Positions 8,658 through 18,175 of a stretch of DNA of 64,000 nucleotides are shown here, piece by piece. A program made the position numbers and the translations under genes. The notes under the pieces are model-generated. The model was not told the DNA's origin, did not search any database, and saw only the letters and a list, made by a program, of their open reading frames with translations. Origin of the DNA: a bacterium (lineage in GTDB: Bacteria; Verrucomicrobiota; Verrucomicrobiia; Verrucomicrobiales; Akkermansiaceae); the NCBI GenBank assembly GCA_018222765.1, contig JAAEZT010000014.1:37007-101006 (forward strand), read 5' to 3'. Every line of letters starts with the position of its first letter. Within the stretch, counting starts at the first letter, position 1.

Positions 8658-10661
8658 TTAGGGATTCACTCGAATTACGCGGTAGAACTTGCGTGTCAAT
8701 GAGTTCTCCGTATCCAAGAAACTCGCGTTGGTTCCCTCGTAAGTTTCCACCGGCGAAAGTGTGGTGAAGCTTGCAGGGTCGAGGTTGGTGGATGACTGGA
8801 CCTGGTATTCGTATCCCGGCAGACAAGGCCAGGTAATGGTCATTCCCTCCGGAGACGGAGAAACCGTGCAGGAGAAATTTTCGAGAACGCTCCCGTTGAT
8901 ATACTGCAGTGCTTTGTTAAATGCCCCGATGCCAACTTCCGACCCAATGATGCGCCCGGGGCCGTCGTCGGGAGCGACGTGAATGCCGCCGTAGAGGCGG
9001 GAGATGCCGGCTTGGTCGGCGGCGTCAAAGTAGGTGGCCCATTGAAGTTGGACGTCGGAGGAGGGGCCATATTCAAATTTGAGATGTCCTGCCTCCACGG
9101 TGTGCGTGCCGAGGCCCCCAGGGAAAAACGGGCTTCCGGTAAAGGCGGTGAGGACTTCGGCGGCAGCACGACTGAAGGTGCTGTGACCGGAAACGTATCC
9201 TGCAAAAGCCGGCGTGACGAAAGTGTCGCGTTGGTAAGGAAGCCAGTTTTTCGCAGCAATCCAACCTACGCCGCCGAATTCGGTTTCGGGGTCAGTGGGT
9301 TCTCCCTGCCAGGAGCGGATGGCGATGCTGTTGGGGGTGAGCCCCTCGTGACGTTGGCCAACGGCGGCAGTTTCCACGGTGACGGCTTCGACCAGGTCTG
9401 GTTCGAGAGGGATCCCGCCGGAGTGATAAAGCGGACCGCCGGGATCGGACGATTGACCGAGGCCGCCGAGGTGGCGAATACTGGTGATAGGACGAACGTA
9501 GTCGTATTTTTCTTTATTCCACCAAGCGGCAATAGCGGCATCATGTAAGGCCCCGTTGAGAGCGAGGTAGAGTTTTATATCCCACTCGAGATCACTGAGG
9601 GTGGGGCCGGTTCCGCGGAATTTTTTTTCCAGGCGGGGGTCGTCGGAGACCTCATTGGCGATGGCGTTCCAGTGTCCCGGCGGTGTTTCGGAGGAAGGTC
9701 CGTCAGCCCAAAATTCTGCGACGACGCGGCCGAAGTCGGCGTGGTTGACGATGTTGGGCGTGTAGGGTTCTAGGGCGATGGGATTGTAGGAATACCCCGT
9801 GCCGTTGTTGGTCCCGAGAGGGTTGTCACCCAGGGAGGCCGGAGAAATATCGATCTCGCCCGAAGTGGTCGGATCGAGGTACGAGCTGAGGCGAATGACC
9901 TCGACGTTGTTGTCTTTGAATTCTTGGTCTCCGATTCCGCCCAGAAAGGGTGGTGGTCCGGGATCGATGTTACCGGTGAGAGCAAAGGGAGTGACATTGC
10001 CCCAGTGCGAGCCGATGAATATCTGGACATTGCTGGCGATCTGACCGTTTTGCGTGAAGGCGACATCAAAGGCGAGTGGCTGCCAGCGGTTGGGATCGAC
10101 CAGCGGGCCAGTTCCCGAATTCTGAAGGATGAGCGGCTGGTTGATTGGGAGGTAGCCGTCGAGACCTTGGTAATCTTGCAATTCGTTGGAGCCGTCGTTT
10201 TGTTGTCCTTGAATGATCGCGGCGGCGCAACGGTTGCCGACGACTTGCGGGGTGGTGCCAACGACGGAGGCGCTGGTGACGGGGTAGCCAAATTCCGCCA
10301 TGCGGGCGGTGAGTTCAGCGATTGTTTCTTCCTCTCCAATGGCGCGGGAATAGCGCGAACGGAGCACCCAGTAGGCGGCGTAGCTGATCGCTTCGTGGCG
10401 GGCGGCTTCGAGATCTTCGGCGGCCGCGCTTTCGTTGTGAAAGACACCTACCGCGGTATCATCGTAGGCAGCCCAAGCGTCATACATCGCAGCCGAGCTG
10501 TGGAAAAGATTCCGCGCATGGACGGTGGGCGCGGGGAAATCCCGACGGATCGCCGCGAGGCAATGCTCGTTCCAGATACGGGCGACGGAATCCTCGGCTT
10601 GGGTTTGTCCGCTCAGGAGAATGACTCCAAGAGTGTATTTCGAGAGACGGCAACTAGTCAT
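8658..10661 (-). CDS. PAP2 / vanadium-dependent haloperoxidase superfamily protein with an extra C-terminal beta module
   Basis: The complete tripartite signature is visible: KEKYDYVRP (Kx6RP), YVSGHSTFS (SGH) and SRLYGGIHVAPDD (SRx5Hx3D). The last ~70 aa (8658..8870) form the recurrent ...KFYRVIRVNP tail module. Confidence 0.8.
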   Translation of the reverse strand: MTSCRLSKYTLGVILLSGQTQAEDSVARIWNEHCLAAIRRDFPAPTVHARNLFHSSAAMYDAWAAYDDTAVGVFHNESAAAEDLEAARHEAISYAAYWVLRSRYSRAIGEEETIAELTARMAEFGYPVTSASVVGTTPQVVGNRCAAAIIQGQQNDGSNELQDYQGLDGYLPINQPLILQNSGTGPLVDPNRWQPLAFDVAFTQNGQIASNVQIFIGSHWGNVTPFALTGNIDPGPPPFLGGIGDQEFKDNNVEVIRLSSYLDPTTSGEIDISPASLGDNPLGTNNGTGYSYNPIALEPYTPNIVNHADFGRVVAEFWADGPSSETPPGHWNAIANEVSDDPRLEKKFRGTGPTLSDLEWDIKLYLALNGALHDAAIAAWWNKEKYDYVRPITSIRHLGGLGQSSDPGGPLYHSGGIPLEPDLVEAVTVETAAVGQRHEGLTPNSIAIRSWQGEPTDPETEFGGVGWIAAKNWLPYQRDTFVTPAFAGYVSGHSTFSRAAAEVLTAFTGSPFFPGGLGTHTVEAGHLKFEYGPSSDVQLQWATYFDAADQAGISRLYGGIHVAPDDGPGRIIGSEVGIGAFNKALQYINGSVLENFSCTVSPSPEGMTITWPCLPGYEYQVQSSTNLDPASFTTLSPVETYEGTNASFLDTENSLTRKFYRVIRVNP

Positions 10662-10688
10662 AAGCCCTCAAATCCTAGGCCAATTTCC

Positions 10689-12947
10689 CTAGCGATGCAA
10701 TTCCAAGAGTCGGTTTGATTCCTCGATGAGGAAATCGATTTCCATGAATGGGTCGGCTGAGACGTCGGCCCAGAGAACGCGGCCTTTTCCATCGACGAGG
10801 AAGGTTCCGTGGAGAGGCTGGTTTTCGAAGTCATCGTGTGCAGAGAATCTCTTGAAAATCTCTTTTTGATGATCGGAAACGATGGGGAAGGGAATCTTGC
10901 CTTTTTCGTAGTTGTCTTGGCTCTTCTTGAGGTCGGCGACCTTGTCGGTAGAAATGGCCAGGATGGGGAGCTTGGCCTTTTCAAAGTCCGAGTAGCGGTC
11001 GGCCATGGCGGTGAGTTGTTCGGTGCAGTGAAGGCATCCAGCGCCGAGGTAAAAGACGAGGATGTGCGGTTTACCGGCCATGCTGGAGCTGGAGATTGTT
11101 TTTTGGTGTTGGTCCGGAAGGCTGAAGGCGGGCGCGGCGGGAGGAGTCCAGTGCAGCGGACCGAGGGTGCCGAGATCGGGACGTGGGAGAAGATCGTCGG
11201 CGGGCTTGTGCGCTTGACGCCAGTCGGCAGGGTAGCCGAACTCCTTGGCAATTGGCGCGAGCCGTGCGAAGGGACGGGACTTGAGGTCAACCTCGGAAGA
11301 AAAGACGCGAAGCTTCTCGAATCCTTTTTTTGCATCTTCCTTTTTGCCCATTCGGTGGAAAAGGGTAATGGCGTTGGCGAGTGGAACGGTTTCCTTTTTA
11401 TCGCTATCGAGAACGCTCCGGGCGGTTTTCTCGGCCGCCTCCTTGTTACCGAATTGGAGTTCGCGGAGCGCCTTAAAGGTGGCGGAGCCCGAGGATTTGG
11501 CGAGTGACTCCTTGGCGGTCTTTTCGTCGTCGTTCATTTCGGCGAGATAACCAAGGAGTTCGGTGCAATCTTTTTCGAGCGACCCGATGAGGCGGTTGTA
11601 TTTCTTTCCGGCTGCTGCGACGGCTTTCTTGATTTCGTCTTCCTTCTTTTTCTCTTTGGCGGCCTTCTCTTTGGCCTTATCTTCATCAGCTTGCTTTTTT
11701 GCTCTTTCGTCGGCGAGCAGGTCTTCGACTTGATTAATGATCTGCATCAACTCCACGCGATGGCCGAGGTGGAAATTGGCGATGCCAATTAGTCTGAGCC
11801 GGGCGCGATCATGAGTCGGTTGCTTGGACAGGGTTTCGAGCCACTGGGTGTTTGAGAGCTCGAAGGTCTCCTCCCAGAGTTCAAATTTTTCAAGAGTTTT
11901 GAGGAGATTGTTGCGACCGTATTTGTAGGAATGTGAGCGGCCCTCCAGCGTGTTGAGTTTCGGGTGACGCGGGTTGGCGAGGAGAGACTTGGCCATTGCT
12001 ACGGCGGCGGGGGCATCACCAAGGTGACCGAAGTTGCGCGCGAGCCATTCGTTGTTGTGCGCGTAGTTGTGGATTTGGTCGGGGATGAGGAAATGCTTGG
12101 CCATGTGTGCGTGGTCAACTCGGGCGGATGCCTGTTGGCTGAAGGCGGCATCGTGATAGCGCTTGGCTTTGGAGTAGATGTGTCCGGGCATGTGCCACAT
12201 GTGGGCGATGCTTGGGGCGGTTTTTCCGAGACGGGCGGCGGAATCGAGCGCTTGCTCATGCTTGCGGTTGTCCCAAAGGTGGATGGCGTAGTGGTGGGCG
12301 GGGTGATAAGGATTTTTGGCAAAGATTTGCTCAAGAATAGCGTCGAGTCCGAGGTAACTACTGATGGGAACACCTTTGCGGTTGAACTGCCAGCGGCGGC
12401 AAACGAAGAGGGCCTTGGCTTCGATATCGTCGGGGTGGTTCAGAATGAGGTCTTCGTAAGCGCGGATGAAATTTTTAATGCGCTTTTTGGAGTCCTTCTC
12501 CTTTTTGTCATCGTGATAGGCAATTTCGGCGTCGAGATAGGCGCGTTCGTGAATGGTGATTTTTAAGTTTTCTTTTTTGAGGAGTTCGGTTGCCTTGGCG
12601 ATGAATTCCTTGGCACGTTTCTCGTTAGAGTAATTGGCCTGAGAGAGTCCCCAGTAGGCCATGGCGCAATTGGGATCGTGAGCAAGGATCTTACGGAAGG
12701 AACGTTCTGCTTCGTAGTACCAAAATCCGTGAAGCTGACCAAGGCCCTGGTTGAAGTAGGCCTGCCCTTGACTCCAGGAGCTTGTGATGGGGAGGTGGAC
12801 CTTTCCAGTGTCTCCGATGAGCGGGGACGCCTGGCGTGGTCCCTCGTTGAAGGCGTGGCCCTGATGGGAATGTCCTTCTTTGGTCTCAGTGGGTTCTTCA
12901 CCAGACAGAAGGGAGCAGAACAGGGGTAAAATCCAAAATCGTTTCAT
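10689..12947 (-). CDS. Secreted TPR-like helical protein fused to a C-terminal AhpC/TSA-redoxin (thioredoxin-fold, CxxC) domain
   Basis: The listed ORF extends to 13076. The internal ATG at 12947 begins MKRFWILPLFCSLLSG, a clear signal peptide. The C-terminus reads HILVFYLGAGCLHCTEQL...ISTDKVADLKK...FPIVSDHQKEIFKRF...HGTFLVDGKGRVLW, a redoxin fold. A Lys/Glu-rich coiled segment lies in the middle. Confidence 0.75.
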   Translation of the reverse strand: MKRFWILPLFCSLLSGEEPTETKEGHSHQGHAFNEGPRQASPLIGDTGKVHLPITSSWSQGQAYFNQGLGQLHGFWYYEAERSFRKILAHDPNCAMAYWGLSQANYSNEKRAKEFIAKATELLKKENLKITIHERAYLDAEIAYHDDKKEKDSKKRIKNFIRAYEDLILNHPDDIEAKALFVCRRWQFNRKGVPISSYLGLDAILEQIFAKNPYHPAHHYAIHLWDNRKHEQALDSAARLGKTAPSIAHMWHMPGHIYSKAKRYHDAAFSQQASARVDHAHMAKHFLIPDQIHNYAHNNEWLARNFGHLGDAPAAVAMAKSLLANPRHPKLNTLEGRSHSYKYGRNNLLKTLEKFELWEETFELSNTQWLETLSKQPTHDRARLRLIGIANFHLGHRVELMQIINQVEDLLADERAKKQADEDKAKEKAAKEKKKEDEIKKAVAAAGKKYNRLIGSLEKDCTELLGYLAEMNDDEKTAKESLAKSSGSATFKALRELQFGNKEAAEKTARSVLDSDKKETVPLANAITLFHRMGKKEDAKKGFEKLRVFSSEVDLKSRPFARLAPIAKEFGYPADWRQAHKPADDLLPRPDLGTLGPLHWTPPAAPAFSLPDQHQKTISSSSMAGKPHILVFYLGAGCLHCTEQLTAMADRYSDFEKAKLPILAISTDKVADLKKSQDNYEKGKIPFPIVSDHQKEIFKRFSAHDDFENQPLHGTFLVDGKGRVLWADVSADPFMEIDFLIEESNRLLELHR

Positions 12948-13180
12948 GGTAGGTGTTCGCAGAGTCGGAATACGCGTTGGGTGTGACTTCTTTTGCATCA
13001 GATGGCGATCTTCTTTCTTCGAAGTCGCGTCTCGGTCTTCATTCGAGGGTGTCATCTTCCCTACGTCAGCTGGCATGACTAAAGCATTTGGCTGCTGGAG
13101 GCGGAGTTTTAGGAACGAGGTTGTAACACAGCAAGTTTGAATGGGTCTTCGCCCGTGCGGAAAAGCGACTTGAGTTGGGT

Positions 13181-14548
13181 TTAAGGCTTAAACCTTGGAT
13201 TCTTCTCGGTGGGAATAGGAGCCTTGGTTTTCTTTTGCCAGGCCTTGAGTTCGGCGAGGAGTTCTTTGACTTTCTCGGGCTTCTTGGAAGCAAGGTTGTT
13301 CTTTTCGGAGCGGTCGTTCTTGAGGTTGTAGAGCTCAGCAATGTTGTCTTCGAAGTATTCGATCAATTTCCAATCGCCCTTCCTGATCACGCCGCAGGGT
13401 GTGGTGCGAAAGTGTTGGGAGGCCGAACCGTTCCCGGCGCTATACCCCTGGAGGTAGGCGGGGAAGTGCCAGAAGAGCGGGCGCTCGGGGAGAGCTTCTC
13501 CTTTAAGCGCAGGAAGGATGTTGAGTCCGTCGAGAGAGGAGTTGGGTTCTCCACCGGCTAGTGAAACAAGTGAGGGGAAGAGGTCGACTTGATGAATCGG
13601 AGTGTCATTGGTCGTTCCTGCGTTGATCATACCGGGGAATCGGGCAATGAACGGTTCGCGGATTCCTCCTTCGTAATACATTCCCTTCGATCCCCGTAAG
13701 GGATCGGCGGTGGAGATCGCTCCGTGCGGACCGTTGTCGGAGGTGAAAATGACGAGGGTGTTGTTGGCGATCTTGAGATCATCGAGCGTCTTGAGGACCT
13801 GCCCGATGGCGGTGTCCATGGATTCGATCATGCCGGCGTAGGCCGGGTTGTTGTGGGACTTGTTGCCGGTCTTTTTGGTGTACTTGGCTTTGAGTTCCTT
13901 GGTCGACTGAATGGGGGTGTGCACCGAGTAGAAGGGGAAGTAGACGAAGAAGGGGGACTTGGTGTTCTCCCTGATCCAGCCCGAGACATCGCGGCCGAGG
14001 CGCTCTGGGAGATGTTCTCCTTTCGGTCCGTCTTTGAGGTAGGGATTTTTGTAGGGCGAGAAGTAGGACTTGGGATGTCCCCAAGTGGTGCCGCCAAAGT
14101 TGGTGTGGAAGCCGTCCTTGGTCGGGTCTTTGGTGAGATGCCATTTGCCTGCGACGCAGGTGCGGTAGCCGCGGGCCTGGAGAGCTTCGCCGAGGGTAGT
14201 GAATTTCGGATCGAGGATAGTGGTGTTTTTGATCGGGATGAGCTTGCGGTGCTGCGCTTTGCCCCGATCGGAGTTGCCGACGGTGAAGATTCCATGACGC
14301 GGGGTGTAATGGCCGGTCATCAGGGAAGCTCGGGACGGAGCGCAATTGGCGGCCGAGGCGTAGGCTTGGGTGAAACGCATTCCTTCCTTGGCAAGGCGGT
14401 CGAGGTTGGGGGTTTCGTAGTATGTCGATCCCTGGCAGGCGAGGTCGGTGTAGCCAAGGTCATCAGCGTAGAAGAGGACAATATTGGGCGTTGAGGCACC
14501 CCAGGAATGGAGTGCAGTGATTAAAAAAAATGGGAGTTTCCACGTCAT
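13181..14548 (-). CDS. Sulfatase (formylglycine-dependent, Cys-type)
   Basis: 455 aa with a signal peptide. An N-terminal NIVLFYADDLGY block is followed by the CAPSRASLMTG sulfatase signature (C-x-P-x-R). Confidence 0.85.
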   Translation of the reverse strand: MTWKLPFFLITALHSWGASTPNIVLFYADDLGYTDLACQGSTYYETPNLDRLAKEGMRFTQAYASAANCAPSRASLMTGHYTPRHGIFTVGNSDRGKAQHRKLIPIKNTTILDPKFTTLGEALQARGYRTCVAGKWHLTKDPTKDGFHTNFGGTTWGHPKSYFSPYKNPYLKDGPKGEHLPERLGRDVSGWIRENTKSPFFVYFPFYSVHTPIQSTKELKAKYTKKTGNKSHNNPAYAGMIESMDTAIGQVLKTLDDLKIANNTLVIFTSDNGPHGAISTADPLRGSKGMYYEGGIREPFIARFPGMINAGTTNDTPIHQVDLFPSLVSLAGGEPNSSLDGLNILPALKGEALPERPLFWHFPAYLQGYSAGNGSASQHFRTTPCGVIRKGDWKLIEYFEDNIAELYNLKNDRSEKNNLASKKPEKVKELLAELKAWQKKTKAPIPTEKNPRFKP

Positions 14549-14667
14549 GGCGCCAGTAAATGTTGATAAATAGAAGATTCAATCCTTGAGGCCGTAAAAA
14601 CAGGAATCTTAATTCTCGCTTGCCTAAAAGATTAATTTTTTAGAATATTTCAGTCTTCCGCACCATT

Positions 14668-17600
14668 ATGGCGAAATTTTTTAAAGTTCTAGCGGCGTTT
14701 TGGCTGATGCTGTGTTCCCCGATCTGTGCCCAGGAGGCTGATAAATCCCGTGAGGAACGGGAGAAGCTGATTAAATTGGTTCTCCAGCTCGAAACGGATT
14801 TCGGACAGACCCTGCGGGACTATCGTGCCCTGCAAAAAGATTACGCCAAGCTCGCAAAGCGTCCCCAGGTTCCGGATCAGCGAGGCAAGGTCGAACAACT
14901 GCAGAGGCAGCTTGATGAAGCAGCTCAAAAAATTCGTGAGTATCAGAAGCTTGAGGCCGAGGCTCGCAAGGGCATGAAGGCGCAAGACAACGAGATGGTA
15001 GCTCTTCGGAGAAGGGTCAAAAGCGATTTGGCCGGCTTGCGAAAGTCACTTAGGGAAGAACAATCGGCACTCGCGGTGGCACGGGTGAAGCTTAGCCAGC
15101 TGGAGGCATTGCAGGATCGCACTAATAAGCTGGAAGGACTGCTTCGCGACGAAACCGTCGAACGCTCGACGCTCTTGGGTCAGTATCAAATTTTGCGAGG
15201 CGAGAAGAATGCGCTGATTGCGCGCGTCGATGAACTCTTTAAGCGCGCCTCGGTCGCTGAGGTGGCTCAGATCAAATCGGCCCAGCGGATCGCTTTGCTG
15301 GAAGAACAAGCCGGTGCAATTAAAACTCAACTCGCTTCCCGCGATGCGGAGATCAAGCGCCTCGAAACGGCCAATGCCAAAGGTGGCGTGTTGATGGCGG
15401 ATTTACAAAAAGCTGTGAAGGAGCAGGAGAAGCTCAAAAAGCTTTTGGCGAGCCGTGAATCGGAAATGGCAGAACTCCGGAAAGATCTTGCCGCAGCGAA
15501 AAAGAAAGCGCTCGATGCTCCGGTCCTGATTAAAGTGCGCGACGACCTGCGGGGCAAGTTGGCGATGGCGGCCATAGAGCAGAGGAAGCTCACTGGTGAG
15601 CGGGCTCGCTTGCAGAAGGAATTAGCTGATTCAAATGTCGGACTCGAGCAATCCAAACGCAAAGTGGTGGAGCTTGAGGGTCGTCTGGCCAAGACAATGG
15701 AGCAGACTGCGATGGCTGAAAAAATTGGCAAACAGAACAAGGCGCTTTTGAGGGAGCGTGATGAGCTGGCAAACAAGCTGGAACTCGCGGCGGAAGAAAT
15801 GCTGGTCGCTAAAAATGAGCAGGAAGTCATCAAGGCGGAGCTAAGAAAGAATGTCACCCTCGCGCAGGCTGCGAAGAAATTAGAAGACACTCATAAGAAG
15901 TTGATCGTAGAGCGTGATGGCTTGCAGAAGAAGTTGAGCCAATCAACAAAAGAGTTGGCGCAGCGCCAGAGCGATGCGAAGTCGATGCAGGTCGCGTTGA
16001 CCAAGGCGACGGCGCTTGCCGCCAGTGCCGCCAAGCTAGGGAAAGAAAACCAGGAACTGGTGGCCCGCCGAGATGCTTTGGCCAAGGAGGTGACGCTAGG
16101 GAAGGCTGGAATGACTGCTCTTGAAGAAAAGGTAAAATCTTTGGAGGCTGATCTGGCTAAAAACAGGGAGACCGCGGTGGCGGCGAAGAAGCTGGCCGCT
16201 GCCAACAATAGGTTGACTGGCGAGCTGGCGGACCTTCAGAAGAAATTGACTCAAGATCAAGGGGCCGCGAAGTCCATGCAGGCTGCTTTGACCAAGGCGA
16301 CGGCACTTGCCGCTGGTGCCGCCAAGCTCGGAAAAGAAAACCAGGAATTGGTGGCCCGCCGTGATGCCTTGGCCAAGGAAGTAGCGGCAAGCAACTCTGC
16401 AATGACCACTCTCGAAGGAAAGGTGAAGTCAATGGAGGCTGAGCTGACTAAAAACAGGGAGGCCGCGATGGTCGCAAATAAACTGGCGGCAGAACGTGAC
16501 GATTTGAAGAAGAAGTTGGAGCAAACAACAGTCGAGTTAGCCCAGTTGCGCAATGGCTCGAAGACGATGCAGTCGGATTTGAAAAAGGCGACCGAATTGG
16601 CGGTCAAGGCAGCCCAGCTTGGAAAGGATAATCAGGAACTGGCCGTTCGGCGTGATGCTCTGACCAAGGAAGTGGCTACCAGTAAATCGGCGATGGCGTC
16701 GCTTGAGCAGAAAGTGAAGACTTTGGAAGTCAATCTCGCAAAGAACAAAGACGCCGTAATGGCTGCGAACAAGCTGGCTCGGGAAAAGACTGCGCTCGCA
16801 GCTGACCTTGAGAAGGCGAAGAGAGATTACGAAGGTTCGCAAACATTGTTGAAGGCGATGAGCACCAAGGCTTCTGAAAGCATGAAGCTCGCGGCTTCGG
16901 CCGAGAAGCTGGGTGCCGAGAGGGATCAACTCGGTAAGGAGTTAAAGGCGGCCCAAACCGATTTAAAGGCAGCCCAGAAGACGATGAAGCTTGCCGAAAC
17001 CAAATTGACGGAGAACGCCAAATTGTTCGAAGCTGCCAAGAAACTCGGCAAGGAAAAGGCCGAGCTCTCGGCCAAGAGCAAGCAATTAAATCAAGAGCTG
17101 GAAAGAGCGCGCGCCGCTTTGATTGAGGCCAAAGCTGGTATGAGCACCGCGCAAACGGAGATGGCCAAGAAGATCAAGCTTGCTGAATCTGCCGTTCGTC
17201 TGACTACCGAACGAGACCGACTTCAAAAGATCCTGGCGGAGACGAAGACACGCCTTGCCCGCGCGGAGCTGGAATCAAAGAACGCCACTGTAGTTGCCGC
17301 CGAAGCGAAGCGACTGAAGAAAGATTACGCTGCCGTTTCGGCTCGCGTGGAGGCTCTGGAACAGGACAAGGAAAAGCTAAGTGTAGAGGTGACGAAGAAA
17401 GATGCTGATTTAAAAAAAGCTCGCGCAGGAATGAAGGCAAAGCCAGACCAGCAGGCAAAGCTGGCCAAATTAGAGAGGGAGAAAAACACGCTCAATGCTG
17501 ACTTGGCAGCTAAGACCGCAGACTTAAAGAAGGTTCGCATGGATTTGGGGCGTTTGCATCTTAGTAATGCTTTAATGGAGAAGCAACTTGATCAACTCCG

Positions 17601-17943
17601 GCGCCGTATGGCGACGATTGATCCCATCCGCTATGCCAGGGGAGAGGCCGATGTGAAGGAGCAGCAAACAAGGGTGCTCACCCAGGTGAAGGAGGTGCTT
17701 ATGGTGTATCCCGAGGCTCGTTTTGAGATCGTGGGACACACCTGTGATCTCGGAGGAAGAGCGGGTAATTTGAAGCTGAGCCGCGAACGCTCGAAGGCTC
17801 TTCTCGATTTTCTGGTCAGTCAGGGGGTTCCCGCCGAGCGATTGAAATCTCTTGGTGTCGGAGATAGCCAGCCGGTGGTTCCGAACAAGGATGAGGCCAG
17901 CCGCCGAAAGAATCGCCGGGTCGAAGTTCATATTCTCGATTAG
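14668..17943 (+). CDS. OmpA/MotB-domain protein with a ~950-aa coiled-coil stalk
   Basis: Signal peptide MAKFFKVLAAFWLMLCSPICA, then a K/E/A/L-rich heptad-like sequence. The C-terminal OmpA-like peptidoglycan-binding domain reads FEIVGHTCDLGGRAGNLKLSRERSKALLDFLVSQGVPAERLKSLGVGDSQPV...NRRVEVHIL. Confidence 0.85.
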   Translation: MAKFFKVLAAFWLMLCSPICAQEADKSREEREKLIKLVLQLETDFGQTLRDYRALQKDYAKLAKRPQVPDQRGKVEQLQRQLDEAAQKIREYQKLEAEARKGMKAQDNEMVALRRRVKSDLAGLRKSLREEQSALAVARVKLSQLEALQDRTNKLEGLLRDETVERSTLLGQYQILRGEKNALIARVDELFKRASVAEVAQIKSAQRIALLEEQAGAIKTQLASRDAEIKRLETANAKGGVLMADLQKAVKEQEKLKKLLASRESEMAELRKDLAAAKKKALDAPVLIKVRDDLRGKLAMAAIEQRKLTGERARLQKELADSNVGLEQSKRKVVELEGRLAKTMEQTAMAEKIGKQNKALLRERDELANKLELAAEEMLVAKNEQEVIKAELRKNVTLAQAAKKLEDTHKKLIVERDGLQKKLSQSTKELAQRQSDAKSMQVALTKATALAASAAKLGKENQELVARRDALAKEVTLGKAGMTALEEKVKSLEADLAKNRETAVAAKKLAAANNRLTGELADLQKKLTQDQGAAKSMQAALTKATALAAGAAKLGKENQELVARRDALAKEVAASNSAMTTLEGKVKSMEAELTKNREAAMVANKLAAERDDLKKKLEQTTVELAQLRNGSKTMQSDLKKATELAVKAAQLGKDNQELAVRRDALTKEVATSKSAMASLEQKVKTLEVNLAKNKDAVMAANKLAREKTALAADLEKAKRDYEGSQTLLKAMSTKASESMKLAASAEKLGAERDQLGKELKAAQTDLKAAQKTMKLAETKLTENAKLFEAAKKLGKEKAELSAKSKQLNQELERARAALIEAKAGMSTAQTEMAKKIKLAESAVRLTTERDRLQKILAETKTRLARAELESKNATVVAAEAKRLKKDYAAVSARVEALEQDKEKLSVEVTKKDADLKKARAGMKAKPDQQAKLAKLEREKNTLNADLAAKTADLKKVRMDLGRLHLSNALMEKQLDQLRRRMATIDPIRYARGEADVKEQQTRVLTQVKEVLMVYPEARFEIVGHTCDLGGRAGNLKLSRERSKALLDFLVSQGVPAERLKSLGVGDSQPVVPNKDEASRRKNRRVEVHILD
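15680..17260 (+). repeat. In-frame tandem periodicity of 291 bp (97 codons) inside the OmpA coiled-coil gene
   Basis: The block AKSMQ(V/A)ALTKATALAA(S/G)AAKLGKENQELVARRDALAKEV starts at 15976 and again at 16267. A diverged copy starts at 16558 (SKTMQSDLKKATELAVKAAQLGKDNQELAVRRDALTKEV). Degenerate copies align at about 15688, 16849 and 17140. Confidence 0.85.
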
Positions 17944-18175
17944 GAGGCCGACTTTTTTTAAAAGGTGCAATCTTCTCTTTACGGCACAACTTTGATTGGG
18001 CATCCGTTAAGGTTCTCACCCTTCGAAATGCCAACGGGCTCAAAGAGTAAGTGATCGAATACGGCGCGTGCCGTTACCGTCTTGAAGTTGTTCTGCTCTA
18101 ATCTTTGCGGATCGTGTTCTCCGGACTTGCCAAGATCGGTTTGCTATCAAAGACTCCGCCCAGCCCGGAAGAAAA

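Noticed and set aside
17944-18175. Short TGA-containing reading frame (from the ATG near 18025) upstream of and running into the tRNA gene. It was checked as a third Sec candidate.
   Set aside because: It overlaps the tRNA-Leu gene, has no redox motif at the TGA and shows no family resemblance. It is a chance ORF.
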